Shown here: positions 44,667 through 53,736 of the stretch, in pieces
Layout: each line of letters opens with the position of its first letter
Position numbering within the stretch: the stretch's first letter is position 1
Source of the DNA: Nitrospiria bacterium
GTDB taxonomy: Bacteria > Nitrospirota > Nitrospiria > JACQBZ01
NCBI GenBank assembly: GCA_035498035.1
Contig: DATKAN010000061.1
Coordinates: 19,720 to 83,719 of the forward strand
DNA length: 64,000 nucleotides
Direction of reading: 5' to 3'
The notes under the pieces: model-generated
Database searches by the model: none
The model's input: the letters and a program-made list of their open reading frames with translations, nothing else
What the model was told of the DNA's origin: nothing
Translations under genes and position numbers: made by a program

Positions 44667-45807
44667 GCTCGTGACAATTGGCGCACATGGCATCAAGCGC
44701 GATGGACCGATGGTTCTCGTTCGGCCTGTAATCACGCGTGTGGCAGTTCGCGCACGCACCATACTGGGTGCCGTCCCGGTAAAACGGGGTCGAAAAATTT
44801 TGCGGGTGACAGACCGAGCAGTCCAGAGGAGCATGACCCCCGATTAATTTAGGGTTATCATGGGTCGCATAAGTGGCGGGGGTCCAGCCGGTCGTCTTAT
44901 GACAGGTGTCGCATTGAAGTGTGACCCCGGCGTGGTTTGCAGGCTTTCCGGTCGCCACCTGACCGTTGTGACAGTTCGAGCACTGCCCGGCCGCACTGGC
45001 ATCGTGAACATAGCCCGCGGGGGTCCATCCCGTCGTCTTATGACAGGTGTCGCACTGCGCCGTGGTCGGGACATGGTTCTGCGGCTTGCCAGTCGCATTT
45101 TGGCCGTTATGGCAGTTCGAGCACTGCCCGGCGGTGCTGGCATCGTGAACAAAACTCGTGGGGACCCATGCCTTCGTCTTATGACAGGTATCGCACTGCG
45201 CCGTGGTCGGGATGTGGTTCTGGGGCTTGCCCGTCGCCTTTTGGCCGTTGTGACAGTTCGAGCACTGCCCGGCCGCGCTGGCATCGTGGACATAGCCCGC
45301 GGGGGTCCATCCCGTCGTCTTATGACAGGTGTCGCACTGCGCCGTGGTCGGAACATGGTCCTGCGGCTTGCCCGTGGCCATCTGGCCGTTGTGACAGGTG
45401 GCGCACTGGCCGGCAACCAGAGCAAGATTATGATTAAAGGTTGCAGGTGACCAGGCATTGACGGAATGACAGACATTACATCCCTGATTCGTCATAATGT
45501 GATTCTGCGGCTTTCCATAAGAAATCTGATCATTATGGCAATTTTCACACTCCCTGGGAGTCGCACTATACTGCCCCCCCAAATGACACTGGGAGCATTT
45601 CAAGCCTCTATGCGCACCCAGAAGCTGAAAAGAGGTAGCATCATGATTGAAATTGGCTGGCGGCTCGTAATCGGCTGAACTTTTTGAGGACCTGCTCGTT
45701 GTTTCAGGTGTCGCCACTTGGTAGGAGAGAAAAACCATTCCCAAGATAATGCCTGTCAGAGCGGCCATAACAACAAAACCGGGTCTCCATATTGAAGACT
45801 GCCTCAT
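44644..45807 (-). CDS. 14-heme c-type cytochrome with tandem 47-aa diheme repeats
   Basis: 14 CXXCH motifs counted; N-terminal hydrophobic segment; SD AGGGGA before ATG 45807. Confidence 0.92.
   Translation of the reverse strand: MRQSSIWRPGFVVMAALTGIILGMVFLSYQVATPETTSRSSKSSADYEPPANFNHDATSFQLLGAHRGLKCSQCHLGGQYSATPRECENCHNDQISYGKPQNHIMTNQGCNVCHSVNAWSPATFNHNLALVAGQCATCHNGQMATGKPQDHVPTTAQCDTCHKTTGWTPAGYVHDASAAGQCSNCHNGQKATGKPQNHIPTTAQCDTCHKTKAWVPTSFVHDASTAGQCSNCHNGQNATGKPQNHVPTTAQCDTCHKTTGWTPAGYVHDASAAGQCSNCHNGQVATGKPANHAGVTLQCDTCHKTTGWTPATYATHDNPKLIGGHAPLDCSVCHPQNFSTPFYRDGTQYGACANCHTRDYRPNENHRSIALDAMCANCHEHADYSRF
44875..45414 (-). repeat. About four intragenic 141-bp tandem repeats
   Basis: GGGTCCATCCCGTCGTCTTATGACAGGTGTCGCACTGCGCCGTGGTCGG recurs at 45021 and 45303, with related copies at 44880 and 45162; spacing exactly 141 nt. 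Confidence 0.92.
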
Positions 45808-45829
45808 TTTGTTTTCCCCTATTTCAGAC

Positions 45830-45864
45830 AAAAAAATAGCCGCCAAAGGATTTCCTCTGGCGGC
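45830..45864 (-). terminator. Intrinsic terminator forming the riboswitch expression platform
   Basis: Minus strand GCCGCCAGAGG-AAAT-CCTTTGGCGGC-TATTTTTTT; the 5' arm overlaps the 3' strand of aptamer P1. Confidence 0.85.
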
Positions 45865-45952
45865 CCGGCGAGCATGTCCCAAACCTTAAATTCGGGAGTT
45901 AGCCCCGTTGCACTGCGTCCCCATCTTTCGATGGGTTTGCTCTGATCAAAGG
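45854..45952 (-). ncRNA. GEMM-I (c-di-GMP-I family) riboswitch aptamer, A20 variant (candidate 3',3'-cGAMP sensor)
   Basis: Minus strand CCTTTG ATCAGA GCAAA CCCATC GAAA GATGGG GACGCA GTGCAACGGGGCTAA CTCCCGAA..TTTGGGA CATGCTCGCCGGGCCGC CAGAGG. It shows a 6-bp P1 (CCUUUG/CAGAGG), a GAAA tetraloop P2, a CUAA/CAUG receptor, and C44, A47, G83, C92 equivalents. Confidence 0.85.
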
Positions 45953-45992
45953 TTTTTATTATTAAATTCTATTAATTTACACTTTTGGGAAA

Positions 45993-46020
45993 ATTTTACC
46001 AAATTTATTATATTTGTCAA
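45993..46020 (-). promoter_or_regulatory. Sigma70 promoter for the riboswitch / cytochrome operon
   Basis: Minus strand TTGACA-N16-TAAAAT with extended TGn; about 40 nt upstream of the aptamer. Confidence 0.65.
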
Positions 46021-46168
46021 GTGCTAAATTTATAATAGTTAATTTTCAGTAAGATTGGATACAGTATAGCACCTAATTCAATTCGTGGAGACACCCAATC
46101 GCTGCTGTGACGCCTTGGCGCTTGGAAATGGACTGGAGTATAATGATTTAATAAACGGGAGGTGATGC

Positions 46169-47443
46169 ATGGCTGAGGCGGTGATCATTGAGGGTATCCG
46201 AACCCCGTTTGCGAGGTCGGGGTCGGTTTTCAAAGATATCCCGGCCGAGGAGTTGGGAAGACTCGCCGTCCACGAACTTATAGAGAAAACCGCACTGGAT
46301 CCGAAGATTGTCGATGAAGTCATCATTGGAACGGTCAGCCAGATGGTCGACACAGCCAACGTTTCGCGAGTCATCGCACAGCGCGCCGGCCTCCCCCCCC
46401 GCGTGCCGGCCTATACCGTCAACCGAAACTGCGCCTCGGGCCTGGAGGCGATCGGAAGCGGGTTGGAAAAGATTCGGGCGGGAATGGCCGATGTCGTCAT
46501 CGCCGGCGGTGTCGAGTCCATGAGCAATATTCCGATCTTCTATTATGGTAAGCGCATGACCGAAATACTCGTCGACGCTTCGAAGGCCAAAACGTTGGGG
46601 CAGAAGATTGCGAAGTTCGCGTCGCTGCGCCCCCGCGATCTGAAACCGAGCGTCATCAGCCAAACCGATCCGCTCAACGGCATGCGGATGGGGGACACGG
46701 CCGAGGTGCTGGCGAAAGAATTCGGGATCCCAAGAGAAGAGCAGGATGCCTTTGCCTTGATGAGCCATCAGCGGGCCGTCGCAGCCCGGTCCCGTCTTTC
46801 GGAAGAGATCACCCCCGTCTATCTTCCCCCCCGGTATGACACCGTGGTCAAGAACGATGCCGGCCCGCGGGAAAATCAAAAAATCGAGGATTTGGCCCGT
46901 CTGAAACCGGTTTTCGATCGTCGATACGGCTCGGTCACGGCCGGTAACGCATCCCCTCTGACGGACGGAGCCGCCGCACTTCTGATCATGAACGAGGAAA
47001 AGGCCCGTGCGATGGGGTTTAAGCCGCTTGGTCGCATTCGGAGCTATGCCTATGCCGGCCTGGATCCTGCGAGGATGGGGCTGGGACCGTCTTTTGCAAC
47101 CCCTTTGGCCCTGGACCGGGCCGGGATGAAATTTTCGGATATTGAACTGATCGAGATGAACGAAGCGTTCGCGGCGCAGATTCTGGCGAATGAAAAAGCA
47201 TTCGCCTCGAAAAAGTTCGCTCAGGAACATCTGGGACGCAACGAACCGATCGGGGTGATCGATCGAAGCCGGTTTAATGTCAACGGGGGTGCGATCGCTC
47301 TCGGCCATCCGCTCGGCGCGTCCGGCGCCCGCCTGATGCTGACCCTGCTATACGAGCTGCGACGGAGAAACCAATCCATCGGTTTGGCGACCCTTTGCGT
47401 TGGCGGTGGACAGGGCGCGGCCTGCATCGTTGAGAGGAGATAA
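46169..47443 (+). CDS. Acetyl-CoA C-acyltransferase (thiolase, FadI/FadA type)
   Basis: NRNCASG (catalytic Cys), MNEAFA, GHPLGASG, LCVGGGQG; SD GGAGGTG. Confidence 0.95.
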   Translation: MAEAVIIEGIRTPFARSGSVFKDIPAEELGRLAVHELIEKTALDPKIVDEVIIGTVSQMVDTANVSRVIAQRAGLPPRVPAYTVNRNCASGLEAIGSGLEKIRAGMADVVIAGGVESMSNIPIFYYGKRMTEILVDASKAKTLGQKIAKFASLRPRDLKPSVISQTDPLNGMRMGDTAEVLAKEFGIPREEQDAFALMSHQRAVAARSRLSEEITPVYLPPRYDTVVKNDAGPRENQKIEDLARLKPVFDRRYGSVTAGNASPLTDGAAALLIMNEEKARAMGFKPLGRIRSYAYAGLDPARMGLGPSFATPLALDRAGMKFSDIELIEMNEAFAAQILANEKAFASKKFAQEHLGRNEPIGVIDRSRFNVNGGAIALGHPLGASGARLMLTLLYELRRRNQSIGLATLCVGGGQGAACIVERR

Positions 47444-47449
47444 AAGATT

Positions 47450-49627
47450 ATGACCCCGGAGAAATGCCTTCGCACCACGATCGATGACCGCGGCCTTTGC
47501 CATGTGGAAATCGATGTCCCGGGAAAAACGGTCAATTTGATCTCGCCTCGGGTTCTTACGGAACTTGAGCAAGCGATTGATTCCATCCGGTCCGATCCCA
47601 GGATTAAAGGCGTCATTTTCCTGAGCCGTAAACCCGACCACTTTATCGGCGGGGCCGAGATCGACGTCCAACGATTCCTGAGCGATCTTGACGCCACATT
47701 GATTTTTATAAAACAAGGCCGCGATGTTTATCAAAGAATCGCCGAGCTCTCCGTCCCGACGTTGGCGGCGATCCATGGGGCCTGTCTGGGGGGGGGACTG
47801 GAATTGGCCTTGGCTTGCCGTTACCGTCTGGCGAGCGACCACCGGAAGACGCGTCTCGGCCTGCCGGAAGTCTTGCTCGGAATCTTCCCGGGCTGGGGCG
47901 GAATAACCCGGCTCCCCCGTCTGACCGGGCTTTCGGCGTCGCTTGACCTGCTCCTGACGGGCAAACAGCTCGATGCGAGGCGAGCTGAGCGAATCGGGTT
48001 GGTGGACCGCATCCTCACCTCCAAGGAGATCCAGATGCAGGCCGATACTTTTATGCTCGAGTGCCTAACGCAGGGGGCCTCGCTTCATCGGAAAATTCAA
48101 TCGGCCCGACGGCGCTCTCAAAACAAAATCCTGGCGCGCTTCTTGAACGAAACCCCTCTCGGCCGGGCTTTGGTATTTCATCAAGCCCGTAAAAACGTCA
48201 TGAGGCTCACCCTGGGACGCTATCCCGCTCCGCTGAAGATTATCGACGTGGTCCGAAAGGGAATCGGAGGTCCGCTCGAACGATCGTTGGAGCTCGAGCA
48301 GGAGGGGCTCCATGCGCTTATTCGTGAAGAAACCACGCAGAACCTGATCCATGTCTTTTCAATACGAAGGCACGCCGGAAAACTGCCAAAGGAGATTACC
48401 CCCTCCGATCTCGTCCCGCCGATTCGGAAAGTGGGTATCCTTGGGGCCGGCGTGATGGGCGCCGGCATAGCCCAATGGATGCTCCAACAGGAGATTCCGG
48501 TGCGCCTGAGAGACATTCACGAGGAGGCGATCGCAAAGGGTGTCAAGACCGTTAACGAGGCCTTTGAAAAGCAGGTCTCCCGGCGGAGAATCCGCCGGGA
48601 AGAAAAAGAGAACCGGATGCGACTTCTTTCAACCACCACAGACTATTCCGGTTTTTCGACGTGTGACCTGGTTATCGAGGCCGTGGCCGAAAAGATGGAA
48701 GTCAAACAACGGGTGATCCGCGACCTTCAAGAGGCGGCCGGGGATCGAGCGATCTTCGCCACAAACACCTCTTCGCTTTCGATCACGGACATGGCTGAGG
48801 GCGCAAAGAGACCGGACCGCGTATTGGGGCTTCATTTTTTCAATCCGGTCGCGCAGATGCCGCTCGTAGAGGTCGTTAAAGGAAAAATGACCTCCGACGA
48901 GACACTGGCCGCCGGTGTAGTCTTCGTCAAAAGAATCGGTAAAACGCCTCTGGTCGTTTCGGACAGTCCCGGCTTTCTGGTTAACCGGATCCTGATGGCC
49001 TACGGGAATGAGGCCGGGCTTCTTTTAGAAGAAGGGGCTACGGTCGATCGGGTGGACCGCGCCATGGAGGTTTTCGGAATGCCGATGGGTCCGTTTACCA
49101 TGATGGACGTTGTGGGGCTGGACATCGCCCATCACACAGCCGAATCGATCCGAACGTCCCTTCATCTGGATCCGGCCGAGCAATCCCGGATCGGCGATCG
49201 GTTATTCGGAGCCGGAAGATTTGGAAAAAAGACCGGACAGGGTCTCTATCGATACGAAGGCAGGGAAAAACGCCCCAACCCCGAATTGGACACGATGCTG
49301 GCGGCGATACGAAAAGAACGCGGACTGACTCCGCGAGCGAATATAAACGATCAAGAAATAACCGATCGTCTCGTGATGATCATGGTGAATACAGCCGCTT
49401 GGTGTCTCGAGAAGCGGATCGTTCAGTATCCGGGAGATGTCGATCTCGGAATGATAATAGGCGCTGGTTTCCCCCCATTTAGGGGAGGATTATTAAAGTA
49501 TTGTGATAAGATTGGAATTGGAAGGATTAAAGAAACGCTCGACCGTTATTCCCAATCCGCCGGTCCCCGCTTCTCTCCGGCTCAAATGATCACCGATCTT
49601 GCCAAGCAGGCCGATGGGTTTTATTAG
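47450..49627 (+). CDS. fadJ: Fatty-acid oxidation complex alpha subunit (enoyl-CoA hydratase plus 3-hydroxyacyl-CoA dehydrogenase, FadJ type)
   Basis: CLGGGLELALAC, GLPEVLLGIFPGWGG, GILGAGVMGAGIA, IEAVAEKMEVK, FATNTSSL, LHFFNPV, PGFLVNRIL. Confidence 0.92.
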   Translation: MTPEKCLRTTIDDRGLCHVEIDVPGKTVNLISPRVLTELEQAIDSIRSDPRIKGVIFLSRKPDHFIGGAEIDVQRFLSDLDATLIFIKQGRDVYQRIAELSVPTLAAIHGACLGGGLELALACRYRLASDHRKTRLGLPEVLLGIFPGWGGITRLPRLTGLSASLDLLLTGKQLDARRAERIGLVDRILTSKEIQMQADTFMLECLTQGASLHRKIQSARRRSQNKILARFLNETPLGRALVFHQARKNVMRLTLGRYPAPLKIIDVVRKGIGGPLERSLELEQEGLHALIREETTQNLIHVFSIRRHAGKLPKEITPSDLVPPIRKVGILGAGVMGAGIAQWMLQQEIPVRLRDIHEEAIAKGVKTVNEAFEKQVSRRRIRREEKENRMRLLSTTTDYSGFSTCDLVIEAVAEKMEVKQRVIRDLQEAAGDRAIFATNTSSLSITDMAEGAKRPDRVLGLHFFNPVAQMPLVEVVKGKMTSDETLAAGVVFVKRIGKTPLVVSDSPGFLVNRILMAYGNEAGLLLEEGATVDRVDRAMEVFGMPMGPFTMMDVVGLDIAHHTAESIRTSLHLDPAEQSRIGDRLFGAGRFGKKTGQGLYRYEGREKRPNPELDTMLAAIRKERGLTPRANINDQEITDRLVMIMVNTAAWCLEKRIVQYPGDVDLGMIIGAGFPPFRGGLLKYCDKIGIGRIKETLDRYSQSAGPRFSPAQMITDLAKQADGFY

Positions 49628-51318
49628 AGCGCCAGATATGCGTTCGTGACGTATTCCTGGATCATGCGTTGCGTGTTGAAAAACGAGGCATTTAATGCGA
49701 CGCAGTGCTTCATGATGTTGATGTACTTGTCACGATCGCGGTAGAACATCGGAATGATCACATTTTCAAGTTTGTGGTAGAGATAGGCCGCATCCCGATT
49801 CCGATCATCTCCCTCGGCGGGGGGTTGACCATCCTGCGCGATGGCCCATCCGGTGACGCCTTCCATATGGCCCTCGGCCCACCAACCGTCTAAAATACTT
49901 AATTGAGGGACCCCGTTGTGGCAGGCTTTCATCCCGCTGGTTCCGGAGGCCTCCATCGGTCTAACCGGATTGTTGAGCCAGAGATCCACACCGGACGTAA
50001 TCAGCCTTCCCATTTCCATGTCGTAGTTGGAAAGGTAAATCCCCTTTATATGGTTTTTGAGTTCCCGTTGCGACTGGAATATTTTTGTGATGACCGCCTT
50101 GGCTTCCCGATCCTGCGGATGTGCCTTACCGGCGTAGATGATTTGAAAAGGTCCCACCTCCGCGACGATTTTTTTCAGCCGATCAATGTCATGAAACAGC
50201 AGATCCGCCCGTTTATAAACCGCAGCCCGGCGGGCAAACCCGATCGTGAAGACCGAGATATCCATTCCAACCTTTCCCTTCCGGTTGACCAAGTCGATCA
50301 GCGCCTGCTTGGCCTCCAGATGGGCCGCCCATATGGCTTCTTTGGGGATGTTCAGGGCATGACGAAGCGAAAAACTGTCCCTTCGCCAATCCGGCAGATA
50401 TGAATCGAAAAGTTTTTGAAATGGTTCCGAAGTCCATGTAACGGAATGAACCCCGTTCGTGATGAATTGAATGGAGTGGCCTGGAAACATGGCACGGGCT
50501 ACCTCACCGTGCTTCCGGGCGACGCCGTTGATATAGCCGCTCAGGTACAATGCCAGTCGGGTCATATCCAAATCTTGACCCTCATGGAAAACATTCAGGC
50601 GAAAGATATCCCGCTCGCCCAAAATGTTTCGTACGAGGTCCAAAGCAAAACGATCATGCCCGGCGGCGACCGGCGTGTGGGTTGTAAATACACACTGACG
50701 GCGGACGGACTCAATCGTCTCGGGATCGCTCTCCGGCTTGTTGAGTTGACGACCCGCCCCTTCTAGGAGTTCAAGTACAGCCAGACTCGCATGGCCTTCA
50801 TTCATATGGTATTTTTTGATCGTGTGATGGCCCAACTCTCGCAGCATCCGCATACCTCCGATACCCAGAATCACCTCCTGGCATAGGCGATACCGTGCGT
50901 CTCCGCCGTAAAGATGTCCGGTCAGGGAACGATCGCGGGGATCGTTTTCTTCAAGATTTGTGTCTAAAAAATAAACAGGGACTGTAAAATCCCGACTCCC
51001 GCGCAGTTCATATTTCCAGGCCCGGATCTTCACCGACCGGCCCTCCATCTCGACTTTCACCATCACCTGAAGAGGCTCAAGGAAACTTCGGGGATCCCAG
51101 GCAACGGCCTCCTCCAATTGATTTCCGTGTTCATCCAACCGCTGGTGGAAGTAACCTTTTTCATGGAGCAACGTGACCGCAACCATCGGAACATTCAGAT
51201 CCGCGGCCGATCTAAGCATATCGCCGGCCAGGATTCCCAGACCACCGCTATAGGTCGGGATTCCGTTGTGCAGCGCGATTTCCATTGAAAAATAAGCGAT
51301 TGAACGTTCATCAATCAT
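49624..51318 (-). CDS. glgP: Alpha-glucan phosphorylase (short form)
   Basis: YFSMEI...YSGGLGILAGD, HMNEGH, FARRAAVYKR, GKAHP, EASGTSGMK (PLP lysine), LDGWW. Confidence 0.92.
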   Translation of the reverse strand: MIDERSIAYFSMEIALHNGIPTYSGGLGILAGDMLRSAADLNVPMVAVTLLHEKGYFHQRLDEHGNQLEEAVAWDPRSFLEPLQVMVKVEMEGRSVKIRAWKYELRGSRDFTVPVYFLDTNLEENDPRDRSLTGHLYGGDARYRLCQEVILGIGGMRMLRELGHHTIKKYHMNEGHASLAVLELLEGAGRQLNKPESDPETIESVRRQCVFTTHTPVAAGHDRFALDLVRNILGERDIFRLNVFHEGQDLDMTRLALYLSGYINGVARKHGEVARAMFPGHSIQFITNGVHSVTWTSEPFQKLFDSYLPDWRRDSFSLRHALNIPKEAIWAAHLEAKQALIDLVNRKGKVGMDISVFTIGFARRAAVYKRADLLFHDIDRLKKIVAEVGPFQIIYAGKAHPQDREAKAVITKIFQSQRELKNHIKGIYLSNYDMEMGRLITSGVDLWLNNPVRPMEASGTSGMKACHNGVPQLSILDGWWAEGHMEGVTGWAIAQDGQPPAEGDDRNRDAAYLYHKLENVIIPMFYRDRDKYINIMKHCVALNASFFNTQRMIQEYVTNAYLAL

Positions 51319-51557
51319 AGACGAATTATCTCCCGTTGGATTTGATATGCGAACGAATGAATGATGAAGTTGAACTCAAACAAGTTTGGATTGGATGAGG
51401 CCGCTTCACACCGGTGGATTTCGCCAGGATACACTTTTAATTATATCTTAAGCCATGATTCTTTGGGAACAAAATGTACCTTATTAAAATAACACAATAA
51501 GTAGTTGTAAATCAATGTGACCTACAATCCCATGTAGATCGTGACTCCCGATTCGAA

Positions 51558-52235
51558 TTACAAAAGCCGGTGATGATCAAACTGCAGTAGACGGGTAATA
51601 ACGGCGCCATTCTCATTGAAACTCACCCGCCGGATGGCCGGGAGGTAAATTCCGTTGACAACGGCATGGTTGTCCCAATAGGTTTCGACCTGACGCAAGG
51701 CACCGTCCCCCGGTGAAAAATAAAAGACCGCGTAGCGGGTGGTCAGGGCCTTGCCGTCATTGGTTGTGAGACTGTCCTCGACATTGATCGTGAATTTGAC
51801 CCGTTCCATACTGCGGTTAATTTGGGTGATCCGGTCGTCATGGATACGGTAACGCGAATTCATGCCGTCCCCATGGATTATCAACAGGCGGCCCATCGGA
51901 TGATGGTCTTCTTCACCTAGGGTAAGAGAGTACTTCCCGTCCGATTCTTCATACGTGCGGGGGGCCCGATGCACGGCCATCATGCCGATTTGACCCTCAG
52001 CCCATTTCTTCAGATCCTCGTGCTCAAGATGGACCGTGACCTCACGGGCCGAGTGAACCTTCACATGGCCTTCGGATATTCGTCCGCCCTCTCGACACGT
52101 TAAATCGGCCATGAAGCCTTTGAAATCCTGCGGCCAGCGGAATGTTTTCTCAAAGGCGCGGCGGAGTAAATCATGGGCGGCAGGATCATCCGCTACAGTT
52201 CCGCTACTCTCCGTCTTTCTCTGATACGTCTCCAT
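51558..52235 (-). CDS. DUF3386-like hypothetical protein
   Basis: AHDLLRRAFEKTFRWPQDFKGF...HRAPRTYEE pattern (recalled); start at ATG 52235 after AAAGGAGA. Confidence 0.55.
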   Translation of the reverse strand: METYQRKTESSGTVADDPAAHDLLRRAFEKTFRWPQDFKGFMADLTCREGGRISEGHVKVHSAREVTVHLEHEDLKKWAEGQIGMMAVHRAPRTYEESDGKYSLTLGEEDHHPMGRLLIIHGDGMNSRYRIHDDRITQINRSMERVKFTINVEDSLTTNDGKALTTRYAVFYFSPGDGALRQVETYWDNHAVVNGIYLPAIRRVSFNENGAVITRLLQFDHHRLL

Positions 52236-52273
52236 GGTGATCTCCTTTCCGTTTATACTTTTGATGGGGACTT

Positions 52274-53509
52274 TCAATGGGACTGAATTTTCTTTTCCGA
52301 CCCAAACTGGGCTTCAAAATTCAACGCCTGTGCTCCCCGAAGAATTTTAAGGATCGCATGGTCACCCGGCTGTTTGAAACTCATAAGATGAATCAGATCG
52401 GAAGGTTCAAGGATCGATTGACCATCAAACGAAACAATAATATCTCCCTCCCGAATACCGGTTTTCAAGGCGGTTGAATCAGGCATCACTTTGCGAACCG
52501 TCACGCCTTTCTCGGTTTTGTCAACCTGGACGCCCAAATGGACGCTCTGGTCCTCCAAATCTTTATAACCGTCGGCCCACACAAAATCGGCGAGGTAGAG
52601 CGGAATGGAGACCGGTTGAACGTCCATAAGTAGGTCCTTTCGACTTTCCGGCACCTCCTCCGTGTATGGCATGACGATCTCATAGGGTTCCGGCAGTCGC
52701 CGGAACACTCTTCGCGGTACTCCGAATCCATAGTTGACGTGGAACCCTCCCGTAAAGACGACCATTTTTTTTCCACGTCCCTCGGGACTGGAGAGATAGG
52801 TTGAGATGGTTTGTGCCATCGTTTCATCCCAAATCAACATTGTTTCGTAAAACCGCTCGAAACCCTCATCCCCGTGCGCATGGCCCCCAAACACCGCCTT
52901 GAGGGAGTTTCGATGGTATGGATCCTCACGATCCATTTCGGGCAGCTCTTTTTCCAGGTTTTCCGACAACCCTTCCGTCCCCTTCTTCATGATCTCGTGG
53001 ACCAGTTCATCGGGTGCATTCAGAGCGATCAAAGGAATTTTCTTGTCGCGACTGTAGCGGAGAATCGCACGATAATAATTGTAGGACTGATCCCAATTGT
53101 CATACCAGACTTTGATAAATTCTTTTTCATCCATTTGACCATGGCTCCATCGGTTCAATTGATCCTGAGACGGCTTTTGGAACATCTCCATCCCAACAAC
53201 CCATTGTCCCGGAAACTGCTTCCACAGTCCCTGCAAGACCTCCAGTTCCACTTGATGATCTTCAAGATTGGTATGGGTTTCTCCCACATAGACGATCCGT
53301 GAACTGGACAGGATATGAAACATCTGTTCCTTGGTAACCTCGATGCCGGTGGGCAGATGAAGTATCGTCCCTGGTTTGAGAGTTCCCAAATCTCGGTATG
53401 GCGACTCCGAGAAAACCTCCTTTAAACGGGATGGAGGTTCGACAACACAGCCAGAAACATCTACAACGATGATGGATAACAAAACGAAGGGGAGAATATA
53501 CCGGATCAT
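52274..53509 (-). CDS. ChaN-family lipoprotein with C-terminal PDZ domain
   Basis: Lipobox VSG-C, YVGETH, GMEMF, WDETMA, GGFHVNYGFGVP; PDZ LGVQV...GIREGDII. Confidence 0.8.
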   Translation of the reverse strand: MIRYILPFVLLSIIVVDVSGCVVEPPSRLKEVFSESPYRDLGTLKPGTILHLPTGIEVTKEQMFHILSSSRIVYVGETHTNLEDHQVELEVLQGLWKQFPGQWVVGMEMFQKPSQDQLNRWSHGQMDEKEFIKVWYDNWDQSYNYYRAILRYSRDKKIPLIALNAPDELVHEIMKKGTEGLSENLEKELPEMDREDPYHRNSLKAVFGGHAHGDEGFERFYETMLIWDETMAQTISTYLSSPEGRGKKMVVFTGGFHVNYGFGVPRRVFRRLPEPYEIVMPYTEEVPESRKDLLMDVQPVSIPLYLADFVWADGYKDLEDQSVHLGVQVDKTEKGVTVRKVMPDSTALKTGIREGDIIVSFDGQSILEPSDLIHLMSFKQPGDHAILKILRGAQALNFEAQFGSEKKIQSH

Positions 53510-53736
53510 TTTTTCTCCATAAGAGATGCAGGGGGATTAATCGTATCACAGGATGTCGTAATCCTGTCAAGAAGAGAGGCCCGAGGTCCATTGCAACCGT
53601 GGCGGAGATCTTATATTAGAATCACAACGGTCGCGCGGAAGAAGTTAGATTTGGACGATAAAAATTGCAAGGACTTCCCAGTGTGGTGACGACGGTTATC
53701 ACGGGCCTTGGATGCAGACCAACTGGAAAAAGGGAT

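Noticed and set aside
44667-44834. ORF-track N-terminal extension of the porin
   Set aside because: It overlaps the 14-heme cytochrome coding region; the signal-like segment starts near 44666-44636.
44875-45414. Regular repeats as a possible CRISPR array
   Set aside because: The units are 141 nt, in frame, with no unique spacers, and encode heme-binding motifs. No cas genes are present.
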